From positions 1,116,001 through 1,180,000 of the forward strand of contig OZ025803.1 in assembly GCA_964019425.1 (NCBI GenBank): a DNA stretch of 64,000 nt. Direction: 5' to 3'. The stretch is from Flectonema sp. DT1601 (lineage: Eukaryota). The translations under genes were made by a program, and so were the position numbers. This document shows, piece by piece, positions 25,201-38,330 of the stretch. Below the pieces are notes generated by a model. The model was given only the letters and a program-made list of their open reading frames with translations. It had not been told where the DNA came from and made no database searches. Every line of letters starts with the position of its first letter. The first letter of the stretch is position 1.

Positions 25201-28200
25201 TTGTAGAGTTTCTAAAGCCTCGCAGCGTAAGCGGATTTGTGATCAAAGAGAACGACGACTCGAGTGAGGAAATGTATTTTGTTAGCCGAGGAGAGCTTCG
25301 AGTTACTGTTGCTGGTAAGGTATGAAATTATTGTTTCTGAAGTCCCCCTTTTTGGAAGTTGTCTTTAATATGATTCAAAGTATTCATCCGAACCTGATTC
25401 TTGTTTCTGATTTCAGTCAGTTTAAAGATAGTCTTACGGTGCTTCTTACGGAGTGTTTCTGTGGTTCAAAAATTAAATAAATAAAACAGACGGTACACAC
25501 AATGAGAGATGGAGACTTCTTTGGTGAAATCGCCCTGCTGTACGACACTCCCAGAACAGCATCCATCATAGCTGACCAGCCAACACAGTTGTTCATCCTG
25601 TCGAGAGCTTGCTTCGGTTCTGTAATCGACGCACACCCAACCGACGCTGAACCGATTAAAAAAATAGCAAGAGAGAGACTCGAACTGTACGTTCTGAATG
25701 ATTTGGTTAAGAAAGTTCCGATATTTGGAGCCGCAGAGGATGCGAATATAATAAAAAGGATCATCGCTGCTCTCATCCCTCGTAGTATTTGTAAAGGCGG
25801 GTGGGCGGTAAAGGAAGGCGAGTCAGCGAATGAGATGTTCTTCGTTTCTCGTGGAGAGCTGCGAGTAATAATGGAAGTTAACGGAAAGGAAGTTGTTGCT
25901 CAGTCTCTCAGAGATGGTGATTTCTGTGGTGAGGTTGCAATGGTATTTGATACCCCTCGCACAGCATCCATCATGGCTGCTGTTAAGACTCAAGTCTTCG
26001 TATTGACTCGAACTTCTTTTAATCGAATCTTAAAATCACAATCTGGTTGTCTTAAAGACAAAATGATTGAAGTCGCAAGAGAAAGGTTTAATAACTACAT
26101 CCTAAGAGATCTGGTCAGAAAGGTTCCAATATTTTCGAAAGCAGACAATAATTTTATTATTCAACTGGTGGCCGTAATGAACTCCGAGACATTCAAACCA
26201 GGTGAAGATATCGTATTCGAGGGTCAGGGTGGTGATCAGATGTACTTCATAAGTAGAGGTCGCTTAAATGTTATTTTATCAGGAGAACGTGTATTCTTAT
26301 TAAGCGACGGGGATTTCTTTGGAGAAATAGCACTCATTCTAGACACTCCACGAACTGCTTCGGTTGTTGCGGAAACAACAACAACTCTGTACTCTCTACA
26401 TCGAAATGACTTCAATCAAATCCTCACCAGACACCCAAAGATCCGTCGCTGTATTGAGCGAGTTGCTAAAGATCGTTTTAATCAAGTCGTATTGCAAGAA
26501 CTTATTAAAAAGGTTTCGATGTTCTCTCACTGTGACGATGACTTTATTAGTAACTTAGTTGAAAAAATGGATCATAAAAATGTTTCTGAAGGGGATTTCG
26601 TAGTCCGCGAAGGTCAAGGAGGCGATGAAATGTTTTTTGTAAGTAGAGGTATGTGTTTATTGTACTTTTTACTTCACATCAGTGATGACATGAAACCCTA
26701 AACTGATACTCAAACAGGTCACTTGGATGTAATCGTTTCTGTTGGATCAGAAGAAACAGTCGTGAGCTCATTAAAAGATGGTGACTTCTTTGGTGAGGTT
26801 GCATTAATTTATAGCACACCTCGCACTGCATCAATAAGGTCAACTACTCCTTCGACAATTTATGTTTTAAAAAAACAACATTTTCAACAACTGTTGTCGA
26901 CGAGTACTGCTGCTGAGGAAATTAAAAGAGTCGCGGAGTGTCGGTTTAAAAATCACATCCTACACAACTTGGTAAAGAAGGTTCCTCTCTTTGCTGATTC
27001 TGATAGTGACTTTATAACTGATTTAGTAGAGTGTTTGGATGCTCAATTTGTAACTCCAGGACAGAAAGTAATTAGAGAAGACGAAGGAGGTGATGAAATG
27101 TATTTTGTAGTGAGAGGAGTGTTGTCGACTCAAATATGTGGTGAGGAAGTACACGTTCTCAGAGATGGTGATTTCTTTGGTGAAATAGCCCTCTGTTATG
27201 ACACACCTCGTACAGCAACAATTACTTCTATCGGAGACAGTGAACTGTTTGTTCTTTATAAAGATGAGTTCACTAATGTGATGATGAAGTACCCGAAGGA
27301 GGCTCAACAAATTCAACAAATTGCTCGCCAGCGTCTCAACGCGTTTGTTCTTCGAGCAATTATTGAACGAGTTCCTCTCTTTAGTCAAATCACTTGCACA
27401 GATCAATCTAGTAGACAGGAATTCATATCTGAACTTGCATCTCGTCTAACGTACCACGTCATAGAGCCCCCAGAGAATAGGGAACAGTATTTCTTTGAGG
27501 AAGGTTTGCAAATAATTACATTTTCCCTTTTATTTTGACTTATAAACAACAACAACAACACAACAGGAGATGAAGCTGACGGAATGTATTTCGTAAGTCG
27601 AGGATCTGTCATTGTTTTGATTGACTACGAACAGATGTTTAGTATCAAAGACGGAGGATTCTTTGGTGAGATAGCCTTGATATACGACATACCTCGTAGG
27701 GGTAGCGTCGTTATTCAAAGTACGGTTTCTATTTTTAAACTTAAGAGGAATGATTTCAATGAGATCACCAGAAAGTATCCTTCTATTGAACGAGGTCTTC
27801 ATGAAGCTGCGAAGATTAGAATGAAATCAATCATATCAACTGACTTGGTAAGATACGTTCCGTTATTTAGTGCGATGAGACACGATGAAGTCTTTCTTCA
27901 TGAGATCTCTTGTAGACTAACTCCTGTAGTCGTTGAAAAAGATTCTGAAATCTCATTGGAAACTCCCGGCTTACTAATATTATGTTGTGGTAAGGTATCA
28001 GTTGAAACTGTTGAAGGGGATGATGATAAAATAACAAAACCAGAAGTAATAACCCCAGGGGGTTTCTTTGGTGAGACAGCAATGCTATACGACAGAAAAA
28101 TAATTAAAAGTGCTGTTGCGATATTGAAGAGTACTCTTTATCACTTTAGTAGAACATCATTTTTACAACTACGAGACCAATATCCTCTCATTGCTGAGGT

Positions 28201-28480
28201 GTACAGAGAACCAGCTCGAAGGAAGATTAATCTTTTATTTTCTCGTAATAAATTATACTCATTTGAATATGCTTGTGAGCTGCTAGCTGACTCTACAGAA
28301 AGGGGATGTATTCGTCGATGTTATACTCGATTGTTTCTAAATATATTATCTCATCATACGAGAGTCTGTTCTCAAAGAACTGAACAATCAATAAGTATCA
28401 AAGAAAGGAAGAAGACAATCGCAATTACTAAAATTAGAAAACTCAAAAGGATGATGTCCAGTAGCCGGCTTGGTTTGTGA
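16282..28480 (+). CDS. Giant tandem cyclic-nucleotide-binding (cNMP) domain protein, ~3875 aa, 8 exons, ~26 CNB domains
   Basis: Eight ORFs join in phase via introns 19388-19463, 19986-20050, 21236-21300, 22093-22155, 25320-25489, 26649-26717 and 27504-27566. The repeated unit is KVPLF...EGEGGDEMYFVSRG...DGDFFGEIAL.YDTPRTA. Confidence 0.92.
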
Positions 28481-28657
28481 AATGAATCGATTTCCTGTTT
28501 CTGTTATTGTTTTGGTTGATATTCTTGTCACACTTCGAGAGTCTTCATTCCCGTTGTTATACATTTACACGTAACCAATAAAATACTTTTTAGTTTGTGA
28601 CGACAGTTTCCTTATCAAGTTTTCTTCCCTTTTTCAGTTATCTTTAGATTCTACAAA

Positions 28658-31600
28658 ATGCCAGTCATACTGTGCGCAGCTGACTTGTGGGGCACAAAAG
28701 TTAATTATGAAGTGAAGTTTGATAGTTTTCCGTCTGCTGTAGAGTTACAGACGCGTGTCGAGTCGCTGTTTACTTCTGAGCACGCAGCTAGAAGACCAGC
28801 TGACGTTCCAGCGATGCAGACATTTCAAGTAGACAGAATTCAGACTTTCGCTGAACGGTCCCAGCAGTGGGTTGACTTATTGACTCCAGCTCAGTTACTT
28901 GATTATTCTCAAGTATGTAAACAATTTGTGTTGAGTTGTAGTTAACTTATTGTTTTATTGTTTTTTTATAAAATAAGTAGTTATTGCTGCGTGGTCAGCC
29001 TCATATGCCTGCTGCAGGGAACTGGCCAACTCAGGGCACTTTTCCTTCACCTTTGCGAGCACACCTGTCACACGGGAATGCAACATCTCAACGACTGACT
29101 TCTTCCTGGTGAGATATGCCACTTCATCGATGAAGTGTGCGATGGGCTCCAGGATTTCCTTTGCCTGTACTGCTTCGTTCCACACCGCATCCCGTCTGTC
29201 GTTCGCAGCCTTCCTTGCTTCCACTGTGACATCGACTCCTGGCGAGAATATCCGCAAGAGTCCCTTCACGCTCTCGCAGGTGGTGCTGCCGAAGCGTTCG
29301 GATTCTTGCTGGACGAATCCAACAATGCTGTGTCTCTTGAGGCAGAGATGGCTGAGCAACCTGAACTGGCTCGTCCACCTTGTCCCGCCTGACGACACCA
29401 TTGCAGCTGGTGGTTCAGGTTTTCCTGCACTTCCTTGCCCAGCAAGCCGCGTCATCCCTGCGTAGAACGTTGCGGACGCAAAAACGAGCGACCGGTCAGC
29501 CTTCTTGCAAGTAAGAGTCGACCCTTCCAGACTGGGTTGCTCTCTTTCCTTGCTTGTGGGACTCTGACTTGCTGTGTTGGACAAGAGACGAGTAGTCGCA
29601 TCTCTCCCTCACAGAAAAGCAGCAGGAATCCCACATCACCTTGTCCATACTATCCCGTGCACGTTTATCTTGCTGATCAGTCACCTACACGGAATACCTT
29701 CGTGATGCACCAGTCCTTGTTTCTGTCAAACACCGCCTGTGTGCTTACCACGCTTTAACACCTGCTTGGTCTTCTTCACCCGTTCCCGGTTCTTGCCACC
29801 TGCTGGGCGTCGAGAAGTGTTGGACCTAAGGAAAAACTAAAAGGGGTTCTTTTTTTCTGAGTGCGAAAGAGGAAAAAAAAGAAAGGAAGGAAAAGAAATC
29901 ATATAAAGAAAGAATTATAACAAAAAAAAAAAAAAAAACAGGTTTACGTCTTTCAAAAAGAAAATGAATACCACAAAGAAGTACAAAGTAAAATCCCACC
30001 ACCAATTCCTGCCCCAATCAATATGTTAGCGAGTCCAGTAGCGATGTCGATGGCGCCACAGTCTCCGTTGGCTGCAATCAGTCAACCGATAATGCCGTCG
30101 GTAGCTGCACCAGTTTTATTACCGACTACTACTACAACTACTGGGGGGATCACTTCTGGGTTCCCTTCTATTACAGCAGCAGCAGCTACTGGTGGGATGA
30201 CTATTCCTTTTATTGAAAAACAACAAGCAGTCTTCGATTCGATGGACTCTTCTCGTGTTCGTTCTGTTGGACCAGAAGAGTTCAAATCAACTCTCGCAAA
30301 ACTCAGAGTTGACTATTCACTTCTCACAGTAAATGAACTTTTCGCAAAGGCTGATCAAAATCGCGACGGTGTTATTACCTACGATGAGTGGACGGCCTTC
30401 ACGGAGTTGTACCCAACTCTCCTCGACTCGCTTTACTTCAGACAGAAGGACTTCCACAACGACACTCAGCAACAAAATGCTATCGAAAATGCTAAAAGGG
30501 TTCTCTGTGACCTTCGCGAACGTGAAAAAGACGCGAGAATGATTTCAATGGAAAGCCAGGCTTCCACTTCATGTCAGGAGCAAAAGCTCGCTATGCAGAT
30601 TGCTTCAGCTCAGGAAGCTCAACAGCGTGAGAGAGACGCAAAGATCGTGTTGGAAGCTGCCCACGAAGACACCGAACGAGGTAGAGCAGAACTCAGGGAT
30701 AGAATAATGGAACAAAACCAACAGAAAGAGAGGGAACGTCAAAAGCAGGTCGCAGTCTTAGAATCCACTCGCGACGTTGAATCTGTTCAAAGAAAGCTTT
30801 CCATGCAGGAAGCAGAACTCGCTAAATCGGAAGAAATGCTCCGCGAAATGCAACGCCGTGTCACAGAACAGAGAATAGAAGTTGAAACACATGCCTCTAC
30901 AGTTGAGCACACGAGAGGTGATTTAGCAACTGCCCAAGGAGCAGAACACTTGGCTCAAATTGTGTTAGTCGAATCGCAGAAGGACACTCAAGCCTGTGCT
31001 GACAGAGTCGCAATGGCGGAAACTGAAGTCGCAGCTCGCCAAGAACGCGAACGCGAAGCGACAGGTTGCCACCGTGAATCGCAGAACGACACCGCCAGAC
31101 AATTAGCAAAACGTGATATGGAAGAGCGAGAGCTCACTGCTGCTAAAGAACGCGAGGCTGCTCAACGTCTTGTCGAAGAAGAAATCATCCGTCAGGTTGA
31201 AGAACAGGAACGCGCAACTCAACAACTTGAACACGAGAACATGGAACTCAACGTATCTCGTCGTCAAGTCGAAGAAGAAGAACGTCCTCTTTTAGATCAA
31301 GAAGTAAAACTTCGTGAAGCCCGTGACAGTCTCGAAGAGAAGGAAGCCCGTCTTAGAAAAGATCAACGACTATTCCACACTACTCATGGCAGAGGAGGTA
31401 CCGCTGCTGACACCACAGTTGCCGTAGCTGCATCCCCAACGAGGTCGTTTTCGGCTTACAAACCTCCTGTGATTCCCCCATTGGCTTTACCTCTTTCTAT
31501 TCCTCCAGTTGTCGCACCAATGCCAATGATGGCTACCATCCCTCTGGTTGGGACAGCACTCTCAGTATCTCCAAGGTATGTTTAATTATACTGATTGAGA

Positions 31601-31746
31601 ACAGTTTGATATCAGTCACACAATTATTTATAATAATGAACAGCAACAACCGCTCTCTCACGCTGCCGTACGAAGCTGCACCAGCGCTGTCGGCTCTTCC
31701 GCCACCAACTAGAGGACTGTCGCCTGGAAGAGTTGGATTGCCGTAG
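28658..31746 (+). CDS. BILBO1: BILBO1-like protein (N-terminal domain + EF-hands + coiled coil), ~663 aa; introns 28913-29941 and 31576-31643
   Basis: The N-terminus AADLWGTKVNYEVKFDSFPS...RRPADVP...QQWVDLL...LLDYSQ|VYVFQKENEYHKEVQSKIPP matches the kinetoplastid BILBO1 NTD pattern across the spliced junction. An EF-hand (DQNRDGVITYDEW) and a long coiled coil follow. Confidence 0.85.
28980..29826 (-). mobile_element. Degenerate hAT-like DNA transposase fragment inside BILBO1-like intron 1
   Basis: The antisense frame 28955-29584 contains TRWTSQFRLL and W...KEILEP, resembling hAT 'TRWNS' and 'W..l..L.P' blocks. A shifted upstream frame has VTDQQ (possible catalytic D). Stops and frameshifts are present and no TIRs were found. 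Confidence 0.5.
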
Positions 31747-32451
31747 ATAAACTTATTACCTGCCATCTTTAAAAGTTAACCGTGGCGATGATGAATACTA
31801 AAAAGGAAAGGGTGTTTCCGATCCTTGTTGTTGTTTTCCTTTTCTTCTTTGCAACTAGCATTTCTGTATCTTTTTGTACTCTTTGTTTATTTTATTGTTT
31901 TCTGATGAATATTTCCCCTTCGGGGTGAATTTTTCTGTGTTCGATGCGTTTTTATTTTTTTTTTATTATTCAAAATAAATGACATCCTACAGCTGTTGGC
32001 TGCATAGATTCTCTCCTCTCTTTTTAGTTCATCCTTTTTTTTTTTTCTTTTTTTTCTTTTTGAAAATTATTTTTCAACTCTTTAATTGTTGTTGTTTATA
32101 GTTGTTGTATTAACTTGTTTTACTTTTTTTTTTTTTTTGAGCGGCAAAATTTGGTTAAGCGACTGTTCAGTTGTTTTGCTTGTTTTTGGTGGTTAGCGCC
32201 TCCGTCGTTCTTTTTATTTATTTTTATTTAAAAATTGTGGTGTAGATTGTCGCCTTCCCCAATCCCATTTCTCTGCTGCTGTTACTTCTGTTTGTGACAA
32301 ATAGTTAACTCGTCGTTGAAATAATTGTATCCACGTTACTACTTCCTTAACAGATTAATAATCTAATATTATGGTCTTCATGTGAAGACTTGTTGAGATG
32401 ATGTTTTTTTAAAAAAAATTATTTTCTTTCCTCATCTCTCAGTCGTCTCCA

Positions 32452-33186
32452 ATGGGGCAATCACTTATTGATAGAAATAATAAAATGTCTGAGTTTGGTG
32501 TTTGGTTTGTATTTCTCGCTCATCCACTTACTCTGTTGCTGTTGATGTTTTGGCCTAATTCACAAACATCGGATCCGCTTGGACGTGATGTACAAATATT
32601 GGTATTTAAAGTTATCGTTGCTGACATCATGTTTTGGCAAGCCAGGATAAGTAAACCCAACTACACTCCCATTGGAGACTCAGAAAGAGGTGTCTGTGAT
32701 AGCGACTGTGTTACGTGTTGTGATTGTCAAAGTCAGAGAATAGGCAGATCAAAACATTGTAAGATATGCCAACGATGTGTTAGAAAATGGGATCACCATT
32801 GTCCTCTATTGAATGGTTGTATTGGTGAAGGCAATCACGGGAGATATGTTTTATTCTTAACGTCAACTGCTGTTGGTCTTTCTCATTTGTCTGTTGTTGT
32901 TGGAAGTACTGTTAGTGTCTCTCTTGATAAAACAATATTTCAAAATGTAATTTATAATATGATTCCCTTATTCGTTACCCTTACCGTCATATTGCTGCTA
33001 GCGATATGCTGTGGTCTTGTTTTGTGGCATTTGTTTTTAATATCGAGTAACCAGACCACTCCTGAAGTGTTACATCCTGAGAAGTGTTTTTGGATCCATA
33101 CAGACCACCCTCGTCCATTCGATAAAGGAATACTCGCAAATACTAAACTTTGGTTTAACGAAGTGAGGGGGATTAGAGTTTCATAA
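32452..33186 (+). CDS. DHHC palmitoyltransferase (244 aa)
   Basis: Cys-rich domain RSKHCKICQRCVRKWDHHCPLLNGCIGEGNH, TTxE motif (NQTTPE), PFDKG motif and TM helices. Confidence 0.93.
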   Translation: MGQSLIDRNNKMSEFGVWFVFLAHPLTLLLLMFWPNSQTSDPLGRDVQILVFKVIVADIMFWQARISKPNYTPIGDSERGVCDSDCVTCCDCQSQRIGRSKHCKICQRCVRKWDHHCPLLNGCIGEGNHGRYVLFLTSTAVGLSHLSVVVGSTVSVSLDKTIFQNVIYNMIPLFVTLTVILLLAICCGLVLWHLFLISSNQTTPEVLHPEKCFWIHTDHPRPFDKGILANTKLWFNEVRGIRVS

Positions 33187-34100
33187 ATATTGTCTTAAAC
33201 ATCTGTTTCTGTTCTATCTTTTTTTGTACCTACAAACCTATTGTTCGGTAGAAAAGATTCTTGGCAGGCTTGTGACTTGCCTCTTTCTTTATTAGGATTT
33301 AGTACTGGTTGCCGCAACAAAAGTGTTGAAATAAAAATAAAAAAAAAATGAAGTTGGCCGATTCTTTTTTCCTTTTTCAAATTTGGTTCTGAGATGAGAA
33401 ATTTTTTTTATTTCGCGTACTTTCTTTGTTTCTCTTTCCCCTCATATTCGCACAACAATTAATAATAAATTTTGGATTACCGCAGTTTTTATTTATTTAT
33501 TTTTTTTTTATATACTGAAAGTGGAAGACGACGACATCGGGAAAATGAATTGGCTTTATCTTAAACTATACAGAAAATAGTAAAAATAACACTGTGATGT
33601 TTTGTTTGTGTCGCGAAACCCGTGAACCGACTTAAACTGATAAAGCTAAAGAAGGTTTACGTGTGCTGCCCAAAATTCTTTTTCATTCTTACAATACTTG
33701 CTAAATGCAAAAAAAAAAAAAAAAAAAAACCATTCAGATTATCCTTATACTTCGTTGACCGCAGACAGAATAGGAAATAATTCCGACTACGTCGGTACGA
33801 AATAAAAATCTTCAACCCGATTCTATTATCTAACTTTGAATCAGGTTGTCGTATTTCTATTTGTTAACAAACTGAGAGATGATTGAAGACGAGTGTTGTC
33901 ATATTAAAGTCTCCTCTCCGTTACCATCGATGGTTGAGATGGTCGAGACATTACAATCGTAGTTTTCGTTATTACAAAACAAGGTGTTGGTGTTTTTTTT
34001 ATTTGAAAAATACAAAAAAAATGATAATTCTTTAAAATATTTCATCACACAGGAGGGTGTGGGAGGGTGGGGGAGACGTTCCTAACCCACAACAACAAAA

Positions 34101-37100
34101 ATGGAAGAAAGACTTCTCGGGAAGAAGAAAGAGCAAACTGAAGTAGGAGAGCGTCGTATCCCCTTGTGGTCGAATAACGATGGATCGAAAGAGTTTTCCG
34201 ACAACAGCATCAAAACAAGTAAGTATAGTTTTATACCATTACATCCGTCGTTCTTTGTTTGGAAAAATTTACTCGAGCAGCTGGGAAGATACGCCAACTT
34301 GTATTTCTTAACCGTGTCGTGTCTACAACTGATTCCTGGACTATCTCCTACTGGGAGATTCACAACACTCGTTCCTCTAACGTTTGTGTTAACAATGACG
34401 ATGATAAAAGATACTTATGAAGATTATAAAAGACATGTTAGAGATAGAGGACTTAATGGTCAAAACATTCAAGTCTATCGCAATAATAGTTGGGAAACAA
34501 AACATTGGGACCAAGTAAAGGTTGGTGACGTCGTTGAAGTTCGAAAGACTGAATCAAAAGGTGAATTTCCAGCTGATTTACTTCTTCTTTGGAGTACAGA
34601 GAATCAAGGTTTGTGTCATATCGAAACTGCTAACTTAGATGGAGAGACGAATCTTAAAGTTCAAAAAACACACATCGACCATGAATCTCTACCTGAGTAC
34701 AACACTGACAACCCAAGTCAATATCAAGGTGAGATTATATGTCAGGCTCCTAATAAAAGTTTATACACATTCGAAGGTAAGATGGTCAGAGGAAGCCGAC
34801 CTGAGGAAACGAGTGCCATTAGTGTGAAGAGTATTCTGCTGAGAGGAGCAAAGCTTGGTGGTAGTACAGAACGTATTCAAGCTCTAGTAATCTACACTGG
34901 TAAACAAAGTAAGTTAATGATGAACCAACAAGAGAGTCGTCACAAGAGATCAACTTTAGAAGAAATGACAAATACTCAAATTATCTTTATGTTGGTCCTT
35001 CAGATGGTTCTGTGTGGAGGATCTGCTCTCGGTCTCGGAGTAGCAATGTCTGACATCACAAACCATTGGTACCTGGCAGCTGAAGGAAGTAATCCAGTTA
35101 CGGCAGCCTTTGCGGGGTTTGGAACCTTTTTAATTTTATTTAATAATTTGATCCCAATCTCACTTTATGTTTCCATGGAAGTAGTTAAGATTGTACAGGC
35201 TAAATTAATGAGTTCTGACTTAGAGATTTATCATGAAGAGTCCAACACCCCTACGGATGCCAAAACCTCTTCTCTAAATGAAGAACTTGGACAAGTGCAG
35301 TACATATTTAGTGACAAGACTGGTACCTTGACGTGTAATATTATGGACTTTCTAAAATTCTCAGTTGGAGAAGTCGCTTACGGAACTGGAACAACTGAAA
35401 TCGGTCGCGCAGCAGCCATCCGTGAAGGACGTGTTCTCAATGATGATAAGCCTGCAGGTATTAAGTTGGTTAAAGGGTTTTATTTTTATGATCAACGCAT
35501 CAGTGATGTAGCTGGAGAAGGAAGAGATTGGAATTGGCTTTCACAACCTAATGCTAAGGAGTTGGGTGACTTCTTTCGTCTTCTAGCAGTCTGTCACACA
35601 GTGACAAGTGAACAAGGAAAAGATGATGATGGGAATCCTTGTACTTTATATCAAGCTTCTTCACCAGATGAAGCATGCCTTGTTACAGGAGTGAAGTATC
35701 TCGGAGTAGAATACGTTACCAGAGATGCTACTGATATCACAATTACTATCGCTGCGGGTGGGGGGACGTCGTACGAAGAAAAATGGAAACTGTTGGAAGT
35801 GTTCGAATTCAGTTCTGACAGAAAACGTATGAGTGTTATAGTAAGAGATCCAACTGGGCAATTGCGATTGTTCTGCAAAGGAGCGGACACGGTTATCTTC
35901 GAACGCCTCCGCAAACCCGAAAGCGATGCAGAGCTGCAAATGCGAAACACAACACTCGAAAACCTCCGAACCTTTGCTGCTGAAGGTCTGCGTACTCTCT
36001 GTATTGCTGAAACTGATATTTCAGAAAAACAATACCAAGAATGGGCGCCGACATACAAAGCCGCAACCGAAGCAGTTGGAGGAAAGGAAGAAAAGGAGGC
36101 TGCTGCTCAGGCGTTAATAGAAAAAGATTTAAAACTCATTGGGAGTACTGCCATTGAAGATAAATTACAAGAGGGAGTACCTGCTTCTATTGAAATGTTA
36201 CGAGCGTGTGGTATTAATGTTTGGGTACTTACAGGTGATAAACAAGAAACAGCAATTAATATTGGATTTGCCTGTGCTCTCCTTCACAATGACATGGGTC
36301 TATTTGAGTTCGACGAAGGCGCAACTGCTGAACGAATAACTGAACAGCTTCAAGACTTTGCTCGTCAAGCAGCAAATATCCAACCTGGAAAAGATCAGGG
36401 AGTTATTGTTCAGGGGGCTGCGTTGACTCACATCACATCAGAAACTGCTCCTCCAACGAATTCTGAACTTTTTTTGGAAGTTACAAAAAAGTGCAAAGCC
36501 GTTATTTGTTGTCGTGTCTCACCAGCACAAAAAGCCGAAGTTGTGAGACTTGTTAAAACTGGACTCAAAACAGTGACTTTAAGTATAGGAGATGGAGCTA
36601 ATGATGTCGCGATGATAACAGAAGCACATGTTGGAATTGGTATCAGCGGATTAGAAGGACTGCAGGCAGCTAGAGCTTCAGACTATTCAATTGGACAGTT
36701 TCGTTTTCTTCTGAGACTCCTCCTCGTTCACGGACGATGGTCATACCGCCGAGTTACGAAAGTAATTTTATATTCTTTTTATAAAAACATATTGCTGTAC
36801 CTGACTCAGTTCTGTTTTTGTTTTTTTAATAATTTTACTGGACAGTCATTCTACGACAGGTGGGCGTTGAGTTTGTTTAACGTCGTGTTCGCATTCTTTC
36901 CGATAGTTGCGGTTGGAATATTCGACAGAGATATTGAACCTCACCGACTTATGACTCTAGACCAATTCCCAGAGTTGTATGATGAAGGTCGAAAGGGAAC
37001 TCTATTCACAACAAAAGTCTTTTGGCAATTTTCTGTAACTGCAATGTTTCAGTCAGCCACTTGTTTCTTCATTCCCGTAGCTGTTCTTCACGATGCTGTT

Positions 37101-38201
37101 GAAGATCAAGAAGGGTATTCTATTGGACTAAGTTGGTCAGGAATTACTGCTTACACGGGTGTCATTTGGGTTGTCACACTTAAATGTGCCTTGGAGACCA
37201 GGTATGATGAGTAACAATTGGTTTTATTCAACTTAACAATCAAAAAACAACAAATATAAACAGCTCCTGGACGAAGATGAACCACCTGGTGTGTTGGGGA
37301 AGTGTAGCATCGTGGTACTTGTTTCTGATTGTTTATGGAAACTTTTTCGGAACTCCTCTTAAGGTTGGTTTTGACTGGTACAAGGTATGCAATAAAAGTT
37401 CAGATTTAACTTTGTGAGATGTTTACTATTTAACAACAAACCAAAACAGATGTATGAAGTTGTTATGTCGGACTCAAAACATTGGCTCACAGTTATATTG
37501 GTGGTCTTCATTGCTTTGTTTAGAGACTTTACTTGGAAATTCTATCAAAGAGCCTTCAGACCAACTCTTCTTCATAAGGTATGTTTTGTTGTTTCCTTTT
37601 TGTTTGAAAAAAAAAACAAAAAAAAAAAGAAAAAAAAAACTTATTAAAATATCAATAACAGTGTCAAGAGTGGGAGGCTATGGTGAAGTCAGGTGCTCTT
37701 AGAAGTGACTTCAATTACAAACTGATGGAAAGAGAACATCCGGAATTCTTTGTTGGAAGGGAGAGGATCAAGCCGTCAAAAAAGAAACCAGAAACTGTAC
37801 CCGCAGATCAAATAAGGAAAGAATTGTCACCTAATTCTAATACTAGAGATCATGACGCAAAGAGCGATGGAGGTATTGGTAGCAGAAGACTAAGTAGACA
37901 TTTAGGATACAGCTTCAGTCAAGGAGATGATCAGGTTGAAGCTATCGCTAGTATTGTTCCTTCTCGACCTGTTTGGATGAGAGGCCCATCAAGATCTTAT
38001 AATACGAAACCGGGAGAGACATCCATATTAGGTCTCGTTGATAAGACAACTCCCGAGACGAAGAGTTTTTCTCCTCCACAACAGCAACAACAACCACAAC
38101 CACCTTTATATGGAGCGGCATTAAGTAACTCTCAGCGTAAGTCTCGAGACAGCAGATATCACAATCAGAAATATAATTCTATGACTCCGTATGATTCTTG
38201 A
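34101..38201 (+). CDS. P4-type ATPase (phospholipid flippase), ~1296 aa; introns 37202-37263, 37385-37449, 37579-37661
   Basis: Motifs DGETNLK, PISL, DKTGTLT, KGAD, TGDKQETA, CCRVSPAQK and GDGANDVAMI. The 3' exons join in phase and include a GYSFSQ C-terminal motif. Confidence 0.95.
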
Positions 38202-38298
38202 AGTGGGTTTTGTTTTATTTAATCAGATGTCGATTTTCTGTATTTTATCGAAACAGATAGTGTAATCAATGTTAGAGTTCACTGCAATCCTCGAACTG

Positions 38299-38330
<32 letters not shown>

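Noticed and set aside
19424..27584. Separate cNMP genes, frameshifted pseudogene or stop-codon recoding
   Set aside because: Every break is explained by a phase-compatible GT...ACAG intron.
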